Assembly: GCA_039801885.1 (NCBI GenBank)
Contig: JBDRVN010000034.1
Coordinates: 1-20,446 of the forward strand
Source: a candidate division WOR-3 bacterium
Lineage (GTDB): Bacteria > Hydrothermota > Tepidihabitantia > Tepidihabitantales > DTDR01
DNA: 20,446 nucleotides
Direction of reading: 5' to 3'
The position numbers were made by a program, and so were the translations under genes. Position 1 is the stretch's first letter; every line of letters begins with the position of its first letter. Positions 17,301-20,446 of this stretch are shown here, piece after piece. The notes under the pieces are model-generated. The model did not search any database. It was given only the letters and a program-made list of their open reading frames with translations, and was not told where the DNA came from.

Positions 17301-17815
17301 ATTGGAAAACCAATTGTATCTAAGACTATTCCATTTTTATCAATAAAGGTTCCATAAATATCACCGTAAAAACTGAAACGATAATCCTCCCAAACTACTA
17401 AATAATTCTCACCATCAAAAGCAACCGCTGGAGCAAACTGATTACCCGAAATAGTAGAAATTGGTATTCCACAAAGGTCAATAACTACACCATTTTTACT
17501 AACTCGGGCACCATAAATATCAATATCCCTTCGCCAATCCTCCCAAACTACCAAATAGTTCTCGCCATCAAAAGCAAAAGAAGGAGTTGATTGATAGCCT
17601 GGGGTCGGAAAATAAAAAATTGTCGTATCTACAAGAAACTCATTTTCTCCTAAAGAAAAATCAATAAATTTTTTATAATTTTTATAAGAACTTTTATCAA
17701 AAGAAATATATTTTTCTAATCTTATATACCTTCTTTTTAATTTTTCTGAATAAATATAATTACTTTTTAAATTTACAAAATTACCAATAATTAAAATAAT
17801 TAAAATATTTGTCAT
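14363..17815 (-). CDS. Secreted protein: 14 ~52-aa propeller repeats, Kelch-like repeats and a short T9SS-like CTD
   Basis: 14 units of PxxxFDGxNYLVVWEDxR...DIYGARI, consistent with two 7-bladed propellers. Kelch-like block at ~14585-15440. Ends IKIYSITG...MGVYFVK...RKVVVLK. Likely start is ATG 17815, downstream of a promoter motif; the track start is 17875. Confidence 0.85.
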   Translation of the reverse strand: MTNILIILIIGNFVNLKSNYIYSEKLKRRYIRLEKYISFDKSSYKNYKKFIDFSLGENEFLVDTTIFYFPTPGYQSTPSFAFDGENYLVVWEDWRRDIDIYGARVSKNGVVIDLCGIPISTISGNQFAPAVAFDGENYLVVWEDYRFSFYGDIYGTFIDKNGIVLDTIGFPICEALNDQWFPVVSFDGENYLVVWEDWRNDNGDIYGARITKDGTVLDPNGFPIYQGENIDVAPAIVFGNNYYLIAWTTWIGQDTSDVYGILVNKEGQVIHNRITICAENSFQYSPALSFEGNNYFVCWTDHRNGDFSDIYGKRIKEDGTILDTFDICITKANSNQRLPAIAFDGMNYFIIWEDLRNGVETDIYGAIVNRNGLVIDSFMLVSADGNQWLPKIIFDGNNYFAIWEDLRNNDISDIYGIKISGKNKLNLQEILITISANEQYQPSVIFDGDNYLVVWEEEREGEKDIYGMKIDEEGKQIWEKPIVVTAAFNNQILPKISFDGENYLVVWEDYRNNNADIYGARITKEGILLDTIGIPISFRTKDEKNPCVSFDGENYLVVWEDYRNNNADIYGARIDRNGRVLDVNGIPICTVKGNQLFPKISYGDNSYFVVWQDERKGHWDEIYGARIKRNGEVIDTFGILIATGFYWRYKPSLAFDGNNYLVVYQLWKGNHFDIYSSQVSKDGILIDSSPKPIAVLPGDQINCEIIFDGDNYLVVWEDYRNNFGDIFGAKINLQNSVLAIFPIANYQKWDITPSLVKGDAKILVCYVGWGGNKYLTMRIFGKFYNPTTLFPNLGWSKKPDIPSTKPVRSGGSLTCINDKVYAIVGNNCNELWVYNIKEELWQKKSEIPLRKINRSVLISDKYYLYILTSEKFLQYNPLKDTYKELKYPFLNKKIKWPSITYDGDSLFYLIPGSGNDEWLVYNKNWDSWFIPNPPKLPNKKWKSGSFIIYAQGNIYGLRVGGRDNEFYKLDLKNFESLFRRVADLPLFNREMRKKKAKKGCCATFDGLFIYTLKGNNTNEFYYYDLERDIWHQIEDFGYPTGKLNKKVKDGAALTYSSFVGGIFAFLGNKTKEFWFYNPSPNSFMKEKKNNISGVLISKNKKIENIILKRGNIKIYSITGGLLMREVNKLKMGVYFVKNEDGKVRKVVVLK
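15480..17600 (-). repeat. Intragenic tandem repeat array with ~156-bp period
   Basis: Core cctcccaaactac(t/c)aaata recurs at about 15664, 16135, 16291, 16447, 17227, 17386 and 17539. Exact 79-bp identity between 16095-16173 and 16251-16329. Confidence 0.9.
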
Positions 17816-17832
17816 AGCCCAGATCTTAAAGA

Positions 17833-17860
17833 AGTATAATAAAAATTTTAAATAAGTCAA
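17833..17860 (-). promoter_or_regulatory. Sigma70-like promoter
   Basis: TTGACT (17860-17855), 16 nt, TATACT (17838-17833), 17 nt upstream of ATG 17815. Confidence 0.6.
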
Positions 17861-18146
17861 GTTATTTTTTGACAAGTATCTTCTTATTTTTCAATGATTT
17901 AGAAAATTTTATTTTTAAAAACTAAGGGGGTCCAATTATTCTTTTTAGAAAAAACTGAAAAAAACAATTAAAATATCTGCCTAAATCCGACAACGAAATT
18001 CAATTAACAAAGAGCGTAAGAAAATCTTTATCAATCCTCTTCAGTGGTTCATTATTATAATCATTTTCTTAAAATCCTTATTAGTGGTATTATCTCGTCC
18101 TACAAGAGTATATTAACTGATAATTTTCCCCTATTTTAATTTTTCT

Positions 18147-18290
18147 CTTTTTGGATTTTAGACAACCTTAATGGATTACTGATTTCTTTATTGCCCGATA
18201 CTCATCCGTAGCAAACTTTATAATAATAAAAAAACACCAACCAACAATCTTACCAAGGATATTATAAATCTTTAATGTGCCTTAATAATT
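18147..18290 (-). pseudogene. Decayed duplicate of the 3' end (CTD region plus downstream flank) of the 20022-20446 gene
   Basis: 18281-18168 reads GTLKIYNILGKIVGWCFFIIIKFATDEYRAIKKSVIH*, versus ATLKIYNALGEIV...GIYIMKFAANEYKATKKLVIH*. No start codon, in-frame stop immediately upstream, and an internal deletion. DNA similarity extends past the stop codon. Confidence 0.85.
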
Positions 18291-18391
18291 AAATATTAAT
18301 TAGTAAAATTTCAGTATTATTATTAATACCGATTATTTAAATGTTTTACCTTACTTTTGTATGTTGCTTTTGGTTTAAAATTATAAAGTTT

Positions 18392-19459
18392 TTAAAAAAT
18401 AACTATTTTCTTATAATTCTTTTCTTTTAGGAAATAGATACCTTTTTTATTTATCTTATTAACTTTTTCTCCTAAAGGTGTAAAAATAAGATAGTTAGAT
18501 TTTTCAAAAGATGCTTTAATTTTATTATTATTATATTCAAAAATTGCTTCACTACCATAATCAGAAGTTTTTAAAATCATTCCTCCTCTGCCGACAGCAA
18601 AACCAACCCGATTTGTCGGAAAATGGATAGCAAAGAGGTCGGTATCTTTAATAGTATAAGTTTGCCATACCCGACCATCAAAGGTTCTACCAAATAAGCC
18701 ATTCCGACCACAAATATAACCAGTATCAGCAGAATTAGGAAAGTTAATACCAAATAAGATTGTTGGGTTGGATAAACTCATATTTATCCACTCCCTTCCG
18801 CTACGGATAGTTTTTAAAATCACTCCGTTATTACCACAAGCATAGCCAATCTCTTCATTAACAAACCAAACACTTCTTAAATCTTCTGTTGTTGGAGTAG
18901 GAACAATCTCCCATATACCTCCGCCATTTTCCGTCCGCAAAATTATTCCGTTTTGACCAACAATAAAACCAACATTATTATTTACAAAATGGCAGGCATA
19001 AATATTGTTAGAAGTTCCTAAGGACATTCGTTCCCAATTAGTACCGCCATTGGTTGTTTTATAGGCTTCACCATTGGCACCAAAAACATAACCAACTTGA
19101 CTATTTTCTGGAAAACAGATGGTATAAAAAGTTTGGAAACTAAAACCACCAATGGAACTCCAAATTAATCCCCGATTAGTTGTTTTCAAAATTGTTCCCA
19201 TTGCCCCGCACACATAACCAGTATCGTTAACCATCCAAATATCCCTTAATTGCTGAATGGTATTACTATTTAAAACCTGCCAAGAATTGCCACTATTAGT
19301 AGTCCTGATAATCGTTCCACTATCGCCAACAGCAATTCCAAAAAGGGTATCATTAGGAAAATGGATTGAATAAAGATGTCGGGAAACAGGAGAAACAATT
19401 CGCTCCCAACGAGCAAATAAAAAACTGATTACTAAAATTAAAAATATACCTTTTTTCAT
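18392..19459 (-). CDS. Ycf48/BNR (Asp-box)-like beta-propeller secreted protein with a minimal CTD
   Basis: Signal peptide MKKGIFLILVISFLFA. About seven repeats of L.SxxF....GYxxGxxGxILKTTNGGxxW. Ends IFTPLGEKV...KGIYFLK...KKIVIF. SD AAGGAGG upstream. Confidence 0.87.
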   Translation of the reverse strand: MKKGIFLILVISFLFARWERIVSPVSRHLYSIHFPNDTLFGIAVGDSGTIIRTTNSGNSWQVLNSNTIQQLRDIWMVNDTGYVCGAMGTILKTTNRGLIWSSIGGFSFQTFYTICFPENSQVGYVFGANGEAYKTTNGGTNWERMSLGTSNNIYACHFVNNNVGFIVGQNGIILRTENGGGIWEIVPTPTTEDLRSVWFVNEEIGYACGNNGVILKTIRSGREWINMSLSNPTILFGINFPNSADTGYICGRNGLFGRTFDGRVWQTYTIKDTDLFAIHFPTNRVGFAVGRGGMILKTSDYGSEAIFEYNNNKIKASFEKSNYLIFTPLGEKVNKINKKGIYFLKEKNYKKIVIF

Positions 19460-19484
19460 TTTTCCTCCTTTTTAAACATTAATT

Positions 19485-19512
19485 ATTTTAATTAAATTTT
19501 TATTAAAATCAA
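19485..19512 (-). promoter_or_regulatory. Possible sigma70-like promoter
   Basis: TTGATT (19512-19507), 16 nt, TAAAAT (19490-19485), upstream of the SD. The very AT-rich context lowers significance. Confidence 0.4.
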
Positions 19513-19588
19513 GAAAAGAAACCTTCAAATTTAAAGGCACTATCGGTAATTGGGTTAATTTAGATATAATATAAGAATATTTTTGTAT

Positions 19589-19909
19589 TTATTTATGGGC
19601 AACAATCAGGTCGGCAATATGCCTTAATGTCTCCTGGGTCTGACGATTCATCTCTTCAATCATCTCTTGGGTTCTTCTGTTGGTCTCTTCGGTTCGGGCA
19701 TCCATCCTTTCAAGCATTTCTTGGGTTCTTTTGCCTACTTCTTCAATTAATTTCTGGGTTTCTCTTACCAATTCCTTTGCCCTTTTATCTTCCTCTTGAA
19801 CTAACTTATCTGTCCTTTTAGAAAGACTTATCGTATGAATAGCCAAAATCACACTAAATACTGCTAAAATAACAAACACCACTCCCAAAATAATTGTAAA
19901 TATTACCAT
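19589..19909 (-). CDS. Small single-TM protein with a repetitive coiled coil
   Basis: Residues ~2-24 are hydrophobic. Then repeats such as RETQKLIEEVG, KRTQEMLERMD, RRTQEMIEEMN and RQTQETLRHIA. Has its own promoter motif. Confidence 0.8.
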   Translation of the reverse strand: MVIFTIILGVVFVILAVFSVILAIHTISLSKRTDKLVQEEDKRAKELVRETQKLIEEVGKRTQEMLERMDARTEETNRRTQEMIEEMNRQTQETLRHIADLIVAHK

Positions 19910-19914
19910 AAGTA

Positions 19915-19943
19915 ATTATAAAATATTAAACAATAAAAGTCAA
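19915..19943 (-). promoter_or_regulatory. Near-consensus sigma70 promoter, probably giving a leaderless mRNA
   Basis: TTGACT (19943-19938), 17 nt, TATAAT (19920-19915), 5 nt, ATG 19909. No room for an SD. Confidence 0.75.
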
Positions 19944-19960
19944 GTTTTAAAGTATAGTAT

Positions 19961-19998
19961 AAAAAGAAAAAGGCCGGGAAAGAAACTTCCCGGCCTTT
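19961..19998 (-). terminator. Intrinsic terminator, possibly bidirectional
   Basis: AAAGGCCGGGAA (19969-19980), 6 nt, TTCCCGGCCTTT (19987-19998). Minus strand continues TTCTTTTT; lies 23 nt after the stop at 20022. Confidence 0.88.
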
Positions 19999-20021
19999 CC
20001 TTTTCGGATTTTAAGGCAACC

Positions 20022-20446
20022 TTAATGGATTACCAATTTCTTGGTTGCCTTATACTCATTGGCAGCAAACTTCATAATGTAAATACCGGTAGAGAATTTC
20101 TTGGTATCAATTGTGAAGTAGCCTTTGTCCGAAGTACCATTATAGACAATCTCACCAAGGGCATTGTAAATCTTTAATGTCGCCTTGATATTAACCGGTA
20201 ATGTGTAGGAAACTTTCAGATAATCTCTTGTCGGGATAATAGTCAATGTGAAGTTCTTTAAGTTCTTTGTCTCAACTTGGATTCCATTATTACCCGATGG
20301 ATTAGCACTTGCTAAGAATGTTCCTCCAGGAGTATAGGACCAAAATTCATTTGTATTATTACCGACAAAGGCAAAGAGACAAGCAGCAGCCGAAGAATAC
20401 GTTAAGGAACCGCCACCTTTCACTCGCTTTGCTGGTGTGCCTTCGG
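20022..20446 (-). CDS. 3' end of a secreted protein (last Kelch-like repeat plus T9SS type-A-like CTD); 5' part outside the window
   Basis: Frame is open to the window edge (...EGTPAKRVKGGGSLTYSSAAACLFAFVGNNTNEFWSY), so the track's start at 20423 is an internal Val. CTD reads ATLKIYNALGEIV...STGIYIMKF...TKKLVIH. Confidence 0.88.
   Translation of the reverse strand, partial: EGTPAKRVKGGGSLTYSSAAACLFAFVGNNTNEFWSYTPGGTFLASANPSGNNGIQVETKNLKNFTLTIIPTRDYLKVSYTLPVNIKATLKIYNALGEIVYNGTSDKGYFTIDTKKFSTGIYIMKFAANEYKATKKLVIH

Noticed and set aside
15650-17580. Regularly spaced near-identical ~35-bp repeats resembling a CRISPR array
   Set aside because: The period is ~156 bp and in frame, the repeats encode FDGENYLVVWED within one long ORF, and no cas genes are present.
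18392-19459. Photosystem II assembly function for the Ycf48-like protein
   Set aside because: This repeat family is common in non-phototrophs, the protein has a CTD-like tail, and no photosynthesis genes are present.
9437-19821. Plus-strand ORFs 9437-9694, 12530-12715 and 19627-19821
   Set aside because: Antisense to well-supported minus-strand genes with no independent evidence.

Overview
AT-rich bacterial window in which every credible gene lies on the minus strand. Lys/Glu-rich proteins, Lol genes and T9SS-type C-terminal domains (CTDs) suggest a diderm FCB-related lineage such as candidate phylum WOR-3; this is inference only. Left part (1-8120): a tightly coupled housekeeping run, in transcription order lysS, lolC/E, lolD, mcsA, mcsB, selA, dnaN and an unlisted lipoprotein-like ORF running off the left edge. 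ClpC and CtsR are absent, and LysRS carries a ~75-aa insertion. Right part (8123-20446): an accessory cluster of surface proteins. It has four proteins with T9SS type-A-like CTDs, three of which share a Lys-rich Kelch-like module just before the CTD. It also holds a lipoprotein with motifs of a Cys-Gln thioester domain (TED/TQXA-like) preceded by a GC-rich structured leader, a membrane-anchored 11-residue-repeat coiled-coil protein, and a decayed duplicate of the last gene's 3' end. Two hairpin terminators and four sigma70-like promoters are visible, two of them positioned for leaderless transcripts. No rRNA, tRNA, CRISPR array or mobile element was recognised.
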